Source: an uncultured Fibrobacterota bacterium
GTDB taxonomy: Bacteria > Fibrobacterota > Chitinivibrionia > Chitinivibrionales > FEN-1185
Direction: 5' to 3'
Length of the DNA stretch: 64,000 nucleotides
Assembly: GCA_963753345.1 (NCBI GenBank)
Contig: CAVWBU010000024.1
Span: 96,001 to 160,000, forward strand
Part shown: one piece after another, positions 19,310-28,811 of the stretch
Numbering within the stretch: position 1 is the stretch's first letter
Layout: each line of letters begins with the position of its first letter
Program-made: the position numbers and the translations under genes
The notes under the pieces: generated by a model
What the model was told of the DNA's origin: nothing
The model's input: the letters and a program-made list of their open reading frames with translations, nothing else
The model's database searches: none

Positions 19310-20836
19310 ATGAAAAACATGCATGATGCCGAAGCGCTTGTCAGAGTGACCATCTTCGACGGCGCAAAGAAGACAGTGCTTGCCCGCAAGGGCGGCTCAC
19401 TTCTTGACATATTGCGGAAAGCCGGCGCATCGTTCTTTACCGTATGCGGGGGAAAAGGCATTTGCAGAAAATGCGCCGTAACCGTACGAGGCACAGGACG
19501 GAGATTGGCCTGCCGCCACACAGTCACGCGCGACCTGGAAGTCGTCGTGCCGCCGCGCGCCAAGGCGCTCATCCTCGAATCGGGGAAAGACCTGCAGGCG
19601 GTACGCCGCAAGCGGCCAAGGCCGTACAATTCACGCTCGCGTCCGAAAAGATCGTATGGCCTTGCCATCGACATCGGCACGACGACGGTGGTGGTTTATC
19701 TCGAGGACCTGGCGGCAGGAATATCAGCCGGTGTTGAATCGTTTGTCAATCCACAAAGCGCATACGGCCATGATGTGATTAGCAGGATTCATCACTGCAT
19801 GGAACGCAGAGGCGGGCTTAGGGAGCTTCGTGATTGCCTTATCGCAGGAATAAATGAATCCATCGGCGCGCTGTGCCGCAGAGCGGGCGTGCAATGCAAA
19901 GACATCCGCCGGGCGGCAGTTGCGGGCAATCCCACAATGCTCCACCTTTTTTTGGGGATAAACCCGGTTTCCATCGCACATGCGCCTTACCAACCGGTCT
20001 TCACGGCTTCACAAAAAATAACCGGCAGGCTGAGCGGCCTTCAGATGAACGAAACCGGCGTCGTTTGCATCCTTCCGGGCGTATCGGGGTACGTGGGTGC
20101 CGACATAACGGCAGGCGTCGCATCCACGCCGATACTTGACAGCAGGGAGTATTCGCTGTACCTTGACATAGGAACAAACGGCGAAATCGCCGTTGGCAAT
20201 AAAAACAGACTCTGGTGCTGCGCCGCCGCGGCGGGTCCGGCATTCGAAGGCGCGTCGCTTGCATGCGGCATGGGGGGAATCGAAGGGGCATTGTGCTCAT
20301 TTCATAACGGGAAGTACGACACCATCGGCGATGCGCCGCTCGCGGGGATATGCGGGTCCGGCATCGTCGACATCGCCGCGGTATTGCTTGACAAAGGAAT
20401 AATTGACGCGAGCGGATACATGAAAGCGCGGTTCGTCGTCGAAAGAGGCGCCCGGACGGCCACGGGACGCTCCATCGCGGTTACGCCGGCCGACATCAGG
20501 GAGATCCAGCTTGCCAAAGCGGCAATTCAGGCCGGCATAAGAATCCTGCTCAAAACCGCGGGCCTCCGCATTGAAGACGTGGAACATCTGTATCTGGCCG
20601 GCGCGTTCGGCTCCTTCATGAACGTGAAAAACGCAGCGGCAATCGGCTTGATTCCAGGGGAACTAAAAGGCAGGGTGATTTCACTGGGCAACGCTGCCGG
20701 CACCGGCGCGCGCAATGCCGTACAGTCAAGCAGCTTCAGGGTGCGCGTTGAGAGAATCGCGGCCATGGCACGGTATATCGAGTTGTCGGGCCGGAAGGAT
20801 TTCAACGAGGAATTCGTTGCTACCATGGGATTCTGA
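19310..20836 (+). CDS. ASKHA-domain ATPase with N-terminal 2Fe-2S domain (RACo/AcsV-like reductive activator of corrinoid proteins)
   Basis: CGGKGICRKC...LAC Fe-S motif. Also AIDIGTTT, YGHDVISRI, GYVGADI, LDIGTNGE, AAGPAFEG, GICGSG, DIREIQLAKAAI and LAGAFG. Confidence 0.88.
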   Translation: MKNMHDAEALVRVTIFDGAKKTVLARKGGSLLDILRKAGASFFTVCGGKGICRKCAVTVRGTGRRLACRHTVTRDLEVVVPPRAKALILESGKDLQAVRRKRPRPYNSRSRPKRSYGLAIDIGTTTVVVYLEDLAAGISAGVESFVNPQSAYGHDVISRIHHCMERRGGLRELRDCLIAGINESIGALCRRAGVQCKDIRRAAVAGNPTMLHLFLGINPVSIAHAPYQPVFTASQKITGRLSGLQMNETGVVCILPGVSGYVGADITAGVASTPILDSREYSLYLDIGTNGEIAVGNKNRLWCCAAAAGPAFEGASLACGMGGIEGALCSFHNGKYDTIGDAPLAGICGSGIVDIAAVLLDKGIIDASGYMKARFVVERGARTATGRSIAVTPADIREIQLAKAAIQAGIRILLKTAGLRIEDVEHLYLAGAFGSFMNVKNAAAIGLIPGELKGRVISLGNAAGTGARNAVQSSSFRVRVERIAAMARYIELSGRKDFNEEFVATMGF

Positions 20837-20967
20837 GCGCGAGTCCCCGGGAGTAATGACCGCCCCGCGGCACGCCCCGAGAAAATTCACCAATCTGCAA
20901 TCAGCGGCAACGTATTTTTTATAGAGAAATCCGGGTCTCAACGGAAAACAAAGAGGGATTTGACAAC

Positions 20968-21933
20968 ATGCGCATCCTATCGGGGATCCAGCCTTCGGGA
21001 ACGCTTCACATCGGCAACTTTCTCGGCATGATCCAGCCCATGGTGCAATCGCAGGAAGAAAATGAGCTGTTTTGCTTTCTTGCCAACCTGCACAGTCTCA
21101 CGTCGGTGTTTGATCCGAAACAGCTTCAGACATACACCAACGAAGCGATTATCGACCTGCTCGCGCTCGGTATTAGTCCCGACAAGTCGGTATTCTGGGT
21201 CCAGTCCGATGTTCCCGAGGTGACCGAACTCACCTGGTATCTTAACAACGTGACGCCCATGGGGCTCCTTGAACGCTGCCATTCCTACAAAGACAAGGTT
21301 GCGAAAGGCCTTCCTGCCAGCAACGGTCTGTTCTCGTATCCGGTGCTCATGGCCGCCGACATCCTCATGTATCAGACGAATGTCGTTCCCGTCGGAAAAG
21401 ACCAGAAACAGCACGTTGAAGTTGCCCGCGATATTGCCATAAAATTCAACCAGACCTACGGCAACGTGTTCACGGTGCCGGAGCCGAGGATCCGCGAAGA
21501 GGTGGCCGTGATCCCCGGCATCGACGGCCAGAAAATGTCGAAGTCCTACGGCAACACCATCGACATCTTTGCTCCGGAAAATCAACTCAAGAAGAGGATC
21601 ATGAGCATTGTCACCGACCCCACGCCGCTCGAACAGCCCAAGGATCCGGACAGGAGCGTGGTGTTCGCCGTGTACAAGCTCTTTGCAGGACGGGAAAAAA
21701 CATCGGCAATGGAACAGCGGCTTCGAAACGGCGGGTACGGATACGGGGACGCCAAAAAGGAATTATTCTCAGTCCTCTGGGAATATTTTCTGCCCTTCAG
21801 GCAAAAACGCGAACAGCTGGCCGCCAATCGCGACTATGTTGACGAGGTGCGAAAGACCGGTGCCCGCAAGGCCCGCGCCGCCGGAACACCGACGCTCGAT
21901 GCGGTGAGAAAACTGGTGGGAACGGCGCAATAG
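20968..21933 (+). CDS. trpS: Tryptophan--tRNA ligase
   Basis: SGIQPSGTLHIGN, YPVLMAADIL, VPVGKDQKQH and KMSKS. Confidence 0.97.
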   Translation: MRILSGIQPSGTLHIGNFLGMIQPMVQSQEENELFCFLANLHSLTSVFDPKQLQTYTNEAIIDLLALGISPDKSVFWVQSDVPEVTELTWYLNNVTPMGLLERCHSYKDKVAKGLPASNGLFSYPVLMAADILMYQTNVVPVGKDQKQHVEVARDIAIKFNQTYGNVFTVPEPRIREEVAVIPGIDGQKMSKSYGNTIDIFAPENQLKKRIMSIVTDPTPLEQPKDPDRSVVFAVYKLFAGREKTSAMEQRLRNGGYGYGDAKKELFSVLWEYFLPFRQKREQLAANRDYVDEVRKTGARKARAAGTPTLDAVRKLVGTAQ

Positions 21934-21996
21934 CAGGGTCGGCAGGAAACCTGCCGGAACGGACATTCGTGCCTTCGGGTTTCCTCGAGCCAGGCA

Positions 21997-23292
21997 TCAC
22001 ATCATTCTTCCAACCTTGAGCGCCGTTTCCTGCACGCCGAAATTCATTTCCGGCTGAATAAATTCCATTCCCTTGCGGACCAGCGGCACATAGACCAGCA
22101 TGCTTGACTTGAGAGATAGGGATAAGTCCTTCAGCATGGGAAGAACCCGCTTTTTTGCCTGGCTTATGTCGCCGAGAATAACAGGCACCGCGTCAAACGC
22201 CTCCATTGCGTCAAGGGTGACGGGGTAGAATGAAGATTTCTGCGAAACGTCCTGGGACTGTTGCGGTTCCTTCTGGTTCGTGGTGAGCAGCTTGGAAAGA
22301 AGGAGAAACAGCTGCGGATTCGCCTTGAACGCGGGTACCCAGAAGAAAAATTTCTGCTGTTCCATGGGTGGCAGCACGGCGCGCGGTGCATTGACAAAAC
22401 GAATGAAATCCGCAACCGACTCAAGCCGCACCGGGGCTGCCGAAACGTCAAACCGCCAGAATGGAATCCAGAGATCGGCTTTGGAACCGCCGTTCCACAC
22501 GACATAGTCCGCCCGTTCGAGCCCGTTCCTGGTTGCGCTCCATGCGCGGCCGCAGGTGGCGCATACGACAACAAGACTGTCATGTTCGGCGCTGCAATCC
22601 CCTCCGCATTCGGGGCACAGGGTGGAGATGAATGCCGGACCGGCCGGCCGCGAATCAGCCTCCGTATTTATTGGATCGCTCATCGTCCCCACTTCCGCTC
22701 CGGAAATCCCGTCAAACAAAACATTGTTTCTCAGGAAGTACGGTGCATACAGCAGATTCACCGCCTCACCGACAAGCGCGGTCTTCAAGACGGGAAAAGC
22801 GCGGTCCTGCACTCCCGGAGAGAGGAATCCCGAAACAGCCTCGGACTGCATGGAGACGAAAAGATGCGTTTCAACAGAACGAGAAGGAATGAGTCTGTTC
22901 TTGAGAGAATCGAACCCGTAATCAAGCCGGACAAAAACCCCTGGGGTTGACGGCTCAACGAACCTCATTTTCACGGTCTGCGACCGTATGCCGAGCGTCT
23001 GGGGAAGAAGAGAATTGTTCGCGGCGATAAGACTGTGGTCAATGATTCTGTGGGAAGTGCCGCCGAGAGAAAGCGAATATTCGGTCCCCTTGAACCACCA
23101 GTAGGGCATGTAGAAAAAATCGTGCGCTTCCGGAAGACTGCTGGCAAGATACAGCGAACCATGGTCCTGGAAAGCAATGAACAGCTTGACGCGGCAATAA
23201 GGACACGTAAAGAGCCTGTCGGTTTCGGACAGGCTCACCGCCGCGCCGCACTGCGGGCACTGATGCTCCAGGATGCTGTTAGAGGCGTTCAC
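21997..23292 (-). CDS. Zinc-ribbon protein (YdjG-like), two CxxC..CxxC ribbons
   Basis: CPQCG...CPYC at the N-terminus, CPECG...CATCG mid-protein, and YMPYWWF / WIPFWRF motifs. Probable GTG start at 23292 overlapping the SPFH stop. Confidence 0.65.
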   Translation of the reverse strand: MNASNSILEHQCPQCGAAVSLSETDRLFTCPYCRVKLFIAFQDHGSLYLASSLPEAHDFFYMPYWWFKGTEYSLSLGGTSHRIIDHSLIAANNSLLPQTLGIRSQTVKMRFVEPSTPGVFVRLDYGFDSLKNRLIPSRSVETHLFVSMQSEAVSGFLSPGVQDRAFPVLKTALVGEAVNLLYAPYFLRNNVLFDGISGAEVGTMSDPINTEADSRPAGPAFISTLCPECGGDCSAEHDSLVVVCATCGRAWSATRNGLERADYVVWNGGSKADLWIPFWRFDVSAAPVRLESVADFIRFVNAPRAVLPPMEQQKFFFWVPAFKANPQLFLLLSKLLTTNQKEPQQSQDVSQKSSFYPVTLDAMEAFDAVPVILGDISQAKKRVLPMLKDLSLSLKSSMLVYVPLVRKGMEFIQPEMNFGVQETALKVGRMM

Positions 23293-24394
23293 CGCACTTG
23301 TTGCAGAATATTGCGTTGAAAAGGTTGTCAAACCCGCAGTGGTTGCAATGTTTGCTCGGGGCCTGCGGAGTAACCTGCTGGCCGCATTGCGGGCAGAACT
23401 TGGCAAACGGGGCCAGGTTCTTGCCGCACTTGACACACTGGGAAAATACCAGAAGCTGGTGGCCGCAATAAAGGCAGAACTGGGCTTCGGCCGGGATCTG
23501 CTGCCCGCAATCCGGGCACTTCTGGGTCGCCTGCGCCGCCGCCGGGTCTTGCGGGGAGAGCTGTCTGGACAACATGGCGGGCATCATGAGCCCGAATCCC
23601 ATTCCCATGCCGTTGCCGCTGCCGGGATTCTGAGAGGCTTTCTCGATTGCCATTGCGGATTTCATTTTCATGAGGTCATTGAGATTGCTAAAAAGTCCGA
23701 GCTTGCTCCTGTCATCAATCGCCTGCTGAACTTCCAACGGCGGCGTGATTGCATTGATGAAAAGATTTGGAAGCTCAAGACCGAAATGGGCAAAATCCTC
23801 CTGTAATTGTTTCTTGAGCCCTTCCGCAACCTCATCGTACTTGCCGGGCAGGTTGAACATGGTGTCAAGATGTTCCCCGAGATAGTCATTGAACCTCGAC
23901 ACAATAACGCTGCTCATGTAATCGGAAAGATCATCCGTTGAAAAACTTCCCACGGTTCCGGTAAGCGAATTGATGAATAGGAGCGGCTGTACGATTCGAA
24001 CATTGAACTGGCCGTGGGCGCGCAGGCGGATGAGCCCCAGCTGCGAGTCCTTGAAGGCGACCGGGTCCTTTGTACCCCACTTCTGGTTTATAAACGTTTT
24101 CATGTTGAGTATGTAAACTTCGGCGCGCAAGGGGCTGGTAAGGCCCCAGGGAATGCTCATGATTTTGTTGAGTATCGGGATATTTGCGGTCTGAAGCGTG
24201 TGCCTTCCGGGTCCGAACACGTGGATGGCTTTACCGTTGTAGAAGAATGCGCCCACCTGACTTTCGCGGATGACCAGTTGCGCGCCATACTTGATCTCTC
24301 CCGACCCGATTTCCGGAATTCGCTGCACGAATCGGTCGCCGGTCTGGTCAAGCCATTCTATGACCTCCAGAAAAATCACGTTATTTGTGCCCAT
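23279..24394 (-). CDS. SPFH-domain protein with C-terminal double zinc ribbons (YdjI-like)
   Basis: GAQLVIRESQVGAF, GPGRHTLQTANIP, KWGTKDP, LRAHGQF and GMGMGFG, then CPDC/CLYC/CVKC/CPQC/CNHC/CNKC. Confidence 0.85.
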   Translation of the reverse strand: MGTNNVIFLEVIEWLDQTGDRFVQRIPEIGSGEIKYGAQLVIRESQVGAFFYNGKAIHVFGPGRHTLQTANIPILNKIMSIPWGLTSPLRAEVYILNMKTFINQKWGTKDPVAFKDSQLGLIRLRAHGQFNVRIVQPLLFINSLTGTVGSFSTDDLSDYMSSVIVSRFNDYLGEHLDTMFNLPGKYDEVAEGLKKQLQEDFAHFGLELPNLFINAITPPLEVQQAIDDRSKLGLFSNLNDLMKMKSAMAIEKASQNPGSGNGMGMGFGLMMPAMLSRQLSPQDPAAAQATQKCPDCGQQIPAEAQFCLYCGHQLLVFSQCVKCGKNLAPFAKFCPQCGQQVTPQAPSKHCNHCGFDNLFNAIFCNKCGERL

Positions 24395-24470
24395 GAGATG
24401 CCCTTTTCTGTAACAGGTTCACCTGCAAGTGCGAAAAATCGACAGAACCACGGCCTCTTGTATATTCACC

Positions 24471-25394
24471 TCAATCCGGTTTATTGATAGCTCGCATCAG
24501 GAATTTGTGATTGAGCCAGACATATAACCGGAAGATAAGGAACAGAAGCAGAAGCACCACTACAACAGCGATCACAATAACTATAATACGGTGTTTTGCG
24601 GGTCCTGTCGACTGTTTTGTTGATTTTCCTGTGGCGGGCGCATTGGCCTGTCCGGTAGAAATCGACGGTGAAGTACCAGCCGACTGGGTTAAAGAACCGG
24701 TGTCCCTGCGCACCGACGCTGCCAGTGTTTCGGCCGCATGCGTTGCTGCAAGAGGTTTCTCGGAAAGCAGCGAGATCTGTTCCACTCCCGGAATGGAGAG
24801 CGTGTCCTCATTAAATTCACCCTCATTCTTCCACTTGTTCGAATACAGGCTTTTCTGTCCGAGTCTCACCAGAAAGGGCGTAGGCGTCTCGTTTGAGAGT
24901 TTATGGAAACAATCCCATATGTCAATTTTTGAAACGACCACGCCCACGCACCTTTTCTTCGAAAGGACAGGCACGGTCCAAACCAGGTAATACCTGCCGT
25001 TGTCCTCGACAACACCCTGATATGGTTTCTTGTTCTTTACCGTGGCGGCATACCATTCCGCATCACCCACCTTGCGGTTTACCGCCTTCTTGGGAACCTC
25101 TCCGCGAATTACTTCGCTTACGATCTTCCCCCGCTGATTGATTTTTGCAAGGTATGAACATGGCTGGTGTTTTTTCAAGAAAGCAACAAACACGCCGCTT
25201 GTGGATTTTGAACGCATGTTTTTATGCGCGGTGCTTGCCGCAAGTTTGCCGAAATCCTTCTTGAGGGAGGCAAAGTATTGGTTGAAAGAATCCTGCAGAG
25301 ACCCGGAAAACGACGGCGTGAAAAAGCACATCAACAGAACGGCACTCAGGATCCTCAGACTCGATTTTTTACGGACGCATTGAACCACAGCCAT
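24471..25394 (-). CDS. Membrane-anchored extracytoplasmic Cache/PDC-like domain protein
   Basis: Signal/TM segment. INQRGKIV...DAEWY...YLVWTVPV...VGVVVSKID resembles a Cache module. Ser/Thr linker, C-terminal TM and short tail. RBS AAGGAG. Confidence 0.55.
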   Translation of the reverse strand: MAVVQCVRKKSSLRILSAVLLMCFFTPSFSGSLQDSFNQYFASLKKDFGKLAASTAHKNMRSKSTSGVFVAFLKKHQPCSYLAKINQRGKIVSEVIRGEVPKKAVNRKVGDAEWYAATVKNKKPYQGVVEDNGRYYLVWTVPVLSKKRCVGVVVSKIDIWDCFHKLSNETPTPFLVRLGQKSLYSNKWKNEGEFNEDTLSIPGVEQISLLSEKPLAATHAAETLAASVRRDTGSLTQSAGTSPSISTGQANAPATGKSTKQSTGPAKHRIIVIVIAVVVVLLLLFLIFRLYVWLNHKFLMRAINKPD

Positions 25395-25565
25395 GCTCTC
25401 CTCCTTGGGGGCTAGAGGAACCATCGCTCAACAAATTATAAATAGTTAATGGAAGGAAATGATGGGAAATAAATTTTATGCAAGAGTAAACAACTGCAGC
25501 CAAGGGCTTTGGTTCATACCCGAAGTGAGCGGTTTCCAATCATTTCTTGGGCTGGTAATTAGTTG

Positions 25566-25592
25566 AAAGCCCTCGAGGGAACCCTCAAGGGC
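25566..25592 (-). terminator. Probable terminator hairpin after the lamin-tail lipoprotein
   Basis: Minus strand GCCCTTGAGG-gttc-CCTCGAGGGC followed by TTT. Confidence 0.5.
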
Positions 25593-25653
25593 AAATGCCG
25601 AACCTGCTGATGAGGCGGTCCTTGACAAGTACACGACGGTTCGATTCCATTTG

Positions 25654-26925
25654 CTACAAGCCTGCGCTTCTCGGGGTTCCGTATTGCAGGGTTGCGGTCG
25701 AAGGAAACAGCTGACTTATAAGTGTCTGGGCCGTCTTCCAATTTCTACCATAATTATTATATGTGGGGTCGGCCGTGAGCGTGTCAAGTACAATGGATTT
25801 CTTACCTGAGCCGAGGTTGGGCCATTCCTGGGTGTTGCTGCCGCCTGCAAAGGCCACCCAGTCCAGAACCGTATCGCCTGCGGCCCTGGAGCGAAGGCTG
25901 AGCCAGTTGCCTGTGGAAGTAAGGTCCAAAGCAGATGAGACGGAACTGTAGGTATCAACCCACGGCAGGCTTCTTCTGCCGACCACAAAAAAACCCTGGG
26001 GCTGGATGGAAACAATCCCGAATGCCCGGCAAGTTCCATCAATCTCAATAATAAGTGAATCATTATAGGTCACATTCAGGGGGTTATAGATTTCTATGTA
26101 TTCAGAATCGTTCGCGTTATACATGATTTCGGAAATAATAAGACGGCCGGTTTCAAAGGCTATTGTCTTGGCACTTCCAACATTTCCAGATACAACCGTC
26201 ACAGCAGGAATTTGGGCCGTTACCGACACAGACGCGCCGGTTGTGACCCGGTAGAAACTGGTTGAAACACTTGTGTCCCGCAACACTGAGAATGTAAGCC
26301 ACATGGCGGAACGATATACAACCCCGCCGGCCGTATCCGTGCCTTCCAGCACAAGCGAATCAGAGGTGCTGTCCGGTATATTGTCGATGCTCAGAAACAT
26401 TTTTGTTGATCTGTCGTCACAGGTGGACATTCCCGCAAACGTGGCACATATCCGGTTTACGTTGGTCGGAATATTCGACAAGTCGATGTATATTGAGCCC
26501 CGAACTGGAACCAACTTGAAATCCATGGTCTTCTTTTCCGTTGGGGAAATATCCACGATCTGGGAAACACTAGTATGGATAATGACGTTGTCCTTAGTCT
26601 TTGTGAAGACTTCAAACATGCGCTTCTTTCCGGCAGGAATATTGTCTACCAATGTGGAGACATATGGATCAGAAGGACTGAATTTTGCTGACTCGAGAAT
26701 TGTGTCCATATCGCTTGCGGTAATTCTAACCACCAGACTGTCCCACGTGGTGGCTTGCGCCTCTTGCGTTTTTGCCAGGACATTCTCGGTTTGTGGTTTC
26801 ACGACCGAAGCCCAGAGCTCGGCACTTCCTGCCTTCCGGCTTGCAAGACCGGAAGGATTGTTGGCGCATGATGTCAGCATGATCGCCAAACTTGCTGCGA
26901 CTGCAACTGCAAACTGTTTCTTCAT
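25654..26925 (-). CDS. Lipoprotein with C-terminal lamin-tail domain (LTD)
   Basis: Lipobox MLTSC. LIISEIMYNANDSEYIEIYNP...GTPR matches the LTD consensus. Confidence 0.75.
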   Translation of the reverse strand: MKKQFAVAVAASLAIMLTSCANNPSGLASRKAGSAELWASVVKPQTENVLAKTQEAQATTWDSLVVRITASDMDTILESAKFSPSDPYVSTLVDNIPAGKKRMFEVFTKTKDNVIIHTSVSQIVDISPTEKKTMDFKLVPVRGSIYIDLSNIPTNVNRICATFAGMSTCDDRSTKMFLSIDNIPDSTSDSLVLEGTDTAGGVVYRSAMWLTFSVLRDTSVSTSFYRVTTGASVSVTAQIPAVTVVSGNVGSAKTIAFETGRLIISEIMYNANDSEYIEIYNPLNVTYNDSLIIEIDGTCRAFGIVSIQPQGFFVVGRRSLPWVDTYSSVSSALDLTSTGNWLSLRSRAAGDTVLDWVAFAGGSNTQEWPNLGSGKKSIVLDTLTADPTYNNYGRNWKTAQTLISQLFPSTATLQYGTPRSAGL

Positions 26926-26986
26926 GTTGCACACTCCCTTTATTTGTGGTAATGGTTTGGGCTGGGAAGGATACGGATGAAGGAAT

Positions 26987-27004
26987 ATGCAGGTCGTGTG
27001 CCAA
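26987..27004 (-). promoter_or_regulatory. Sigma54 (-24/-12) promoter for the LTD lipoprotein
   Basis: Minus strand TTGGCACACGACCTGCAT is GG-N10-GC, about 60 bp upstream of the start. Confidence 0.6.
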
Positions 27005-27470
27005 TTATCCGATAGAACTGTAAGGTATTGTGGTATCGCGGATTACATTCTGCAACATGCAAATGGAAATCTTCAACCTGGTTGCGCTGCTGCAACCCAT
27101 TCTTGGGCAGCGACGCGAAAAGGATATAATTTTGCAATCCGTTCTTGCTGACTGACACTATCCATTTCAACAAAGCAACCGGTGTGCTTGGAGGTGGCAG
27201 ATGGATCAATTGTCGCGGGGGTACAAAAAAACGGGCTGGATAAATATGCAGATTGATCGAGTCAGAGATCTATTCCAATTCTTGAATCCCATAGCGAGCG
27301 CATTCCTCGAAGCTTGCTGCGGGGTTCTTCAATCGTTAAATGTCAAGATTGTTTGACTCGATTTCGGGGAAAGGGGCATTCTGACGCTTCGGCGATACCC
27401 TAAAGAAAAAGATGCGACGATAGAGGTTTTACAACCCCTTCGTCGTCTTGCTGAATCCCGATGGTTGCTT

Positions 27471-28712
27471 CTATTTCGACTTGGCAGGCGTGGTCTGGGC
27501 CGGAAGTTTCTTGGGCTCGGGTTTCACGGGCGCGGCAGGGGATTTCTGCGCAGGAGCCTTCCCGGGTCCGCCGCCGTCCGGACAACCGTCATCGTCCTGA
27601 TAGCCATCTATGTCCTCGGGCGTGTTCGGGCATTTGTCAAGTTTGTCCGGAATTCCGTCGCCATCGTTGTCGTTATCCGGGCAACCGTCCTCATCCTGGA
27701 ACCCGTCAAAATCCTCGGGCTCGTTCGGACACATGTCCTGCGCGTCGAAAATGCCGTCGTTGTCGTTGTCGAAATCAGGACAGCCGTCCTCGTCCTGAAA
27801 TCCATCCTTGTCTTCGGGAACATCGGGGCATTGATCCACGTCGTCGGGAATGCCGTCGCCGTCGGAATCGATGCGCACCTTGTTAAGCGCAACGTCACTC
27901 ATGGGCCCGATGTCCGAACCGCCCTTTCCCAGGCCCGCAAGCGGGAACCCTTTTCCCCCAAAACTTTCGAATGAAAATCCGACTATGCCTATGGAAGGAA
28001 GCCCGGGGTCCTTCGAGACGTTGGTCTCATTGATTACTGCGAACGGACTGCAAGCCAGCCTGTTTGCATAGAAATCGTTGTAGATGATGCGCGACCTTCT
28101 CGAATCTTCGTTGACGTAGATGCCGTATTGCTGATTGTGGAACAGAATGGTGTTCTCGACAAGCACTTCGCTCTTGTTGGCCAGCATGATGCCGCAGTAC
28201 CTGTTTTCACCGATAAAATTGTGGTCGATTGAGGTGCGTTGCCCATTGGTGATCAACTCGCAGAATATGCCCGTCCATTGGTTTGACTGGATGATGTTGT
28301 TCTTGATTTCAGGGAGCGACACAAGGCAGTGGACGCCGGTCCTGTTGTTGCGGATAATGTTGTGTTCGATGGTTGGATTCGTGTTTTTGCAGATAATGCC
28401 GGTGCTGCCGCGTTCGATGGTGAAGTTCCTGATAAGGGAGCGGTTTGCTCCTTCCACCACCGGCCTGCCGCCGCTTCCCTGCAGCACCGTCTTCTCGACG
28501 TCCTCACCCACCAGAGCCACGTTGTCTTTCATCACGATGTGCTCGCGGTAGGTGCCGTTCTGAACATACACCGTGTCGCCGTCTTCCGCTTCGTCAAGTG
28601 CCTTCTGGACCGACCGCGCGTCTCTCGGGACCACGATCTTCTTCGGGGCCGCCCACGAATTGACGGACACAACGACAAGCGCAAGCAGCGCGGCCATCAC
28701 AATCGCCTTCAT
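27471..28712 (-). CDS. Secreted right-handed beta-helix (NosD/pectin-lyase-like) protein with thrombospondin type-3-like Ca-binding repeats
   Basis: Signal peptide, SVQKALDEAEDGDTVYVQNGTYRE, and repeated I.NN.I..N..GI strands. C-terminal DxDGDGIPD..D.CP...ED.DGFQD.DGCPD repeats and a Pro/Lys tail. Confidence 0.8.
   Translation of the reverse strand: MKAIVMAALLALVVVSVNSWAAPKKIVVPRDARSVQKALDEAEDGDTVYVQNGTYREHIVMKDNVALVGEDVEKTVLQGSGGRPVVEGANRSLIRNFTIERGSTGIICKNTNPTIEHNIIRNNRTGVHCLVSLPEIKNNIIQSNQWTGIFCELITNGQRTSIDHNFIGENRYCGIMLANKSEVLVENTILFHNQQYGIYVNEDSRRSRIIYNDFYANRLACSPFAVINETNVSKDPGLPSIGIVGFSFESFGGKGFPLAGLGKGGSDIGPMSDVALNKVRIDSDGDGIPDDVDQCPDVPEDKDGFQDEDGCPDFDNDNDGIFDAQDMCPNEPEDFDGFQDEDGCPDNDNDGDGIPDKLDKCPNTPEDIDGYQDDDGCPDGGGPGKAPAQKSPAAPVKPEPKKLPAQTTPAKSK
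27576..27869 (-). repeat. Three tandem ~99-bp (33-aa) TSP3-like repeat units
   Basis: Units: DSDGDGIPDDVDQCPDVPEDKDGFQDEDGCPDF / DNDNDGIFDAQDMCPNEPEDFDGFQDEDGCPDN / DNDGDGIPDKLDKCPNTPEDIDGYQDDDGCPD. Confidence 0.9.
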
Positions 28713-28811
28713 AACACCCCCTGAACCTTTCTTTCGACACCGTTCTTGTGGTCTTGTATCATAAACTACGTCTTCTCTTGACCCACACACAAGGGCAAGC
28801 ATCTCGCTTCC

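Noticed and set aside
25607-25650. CTGATGAG suggesting a hammerhead ribozyme or fluoride riboswitch
   Set aside because: No stem II followed by GAAA, and no GGNGAUGG...UCNCC 5' element.
27188-27197. TTGGAGGTG matching the tmRNA 3' end (possible att site bounding a 32-kb island)
   Set aside because: Only 9 bp match, which is expected by chance. There is no integrase, and the interval contains housekeeping genes such as asd.
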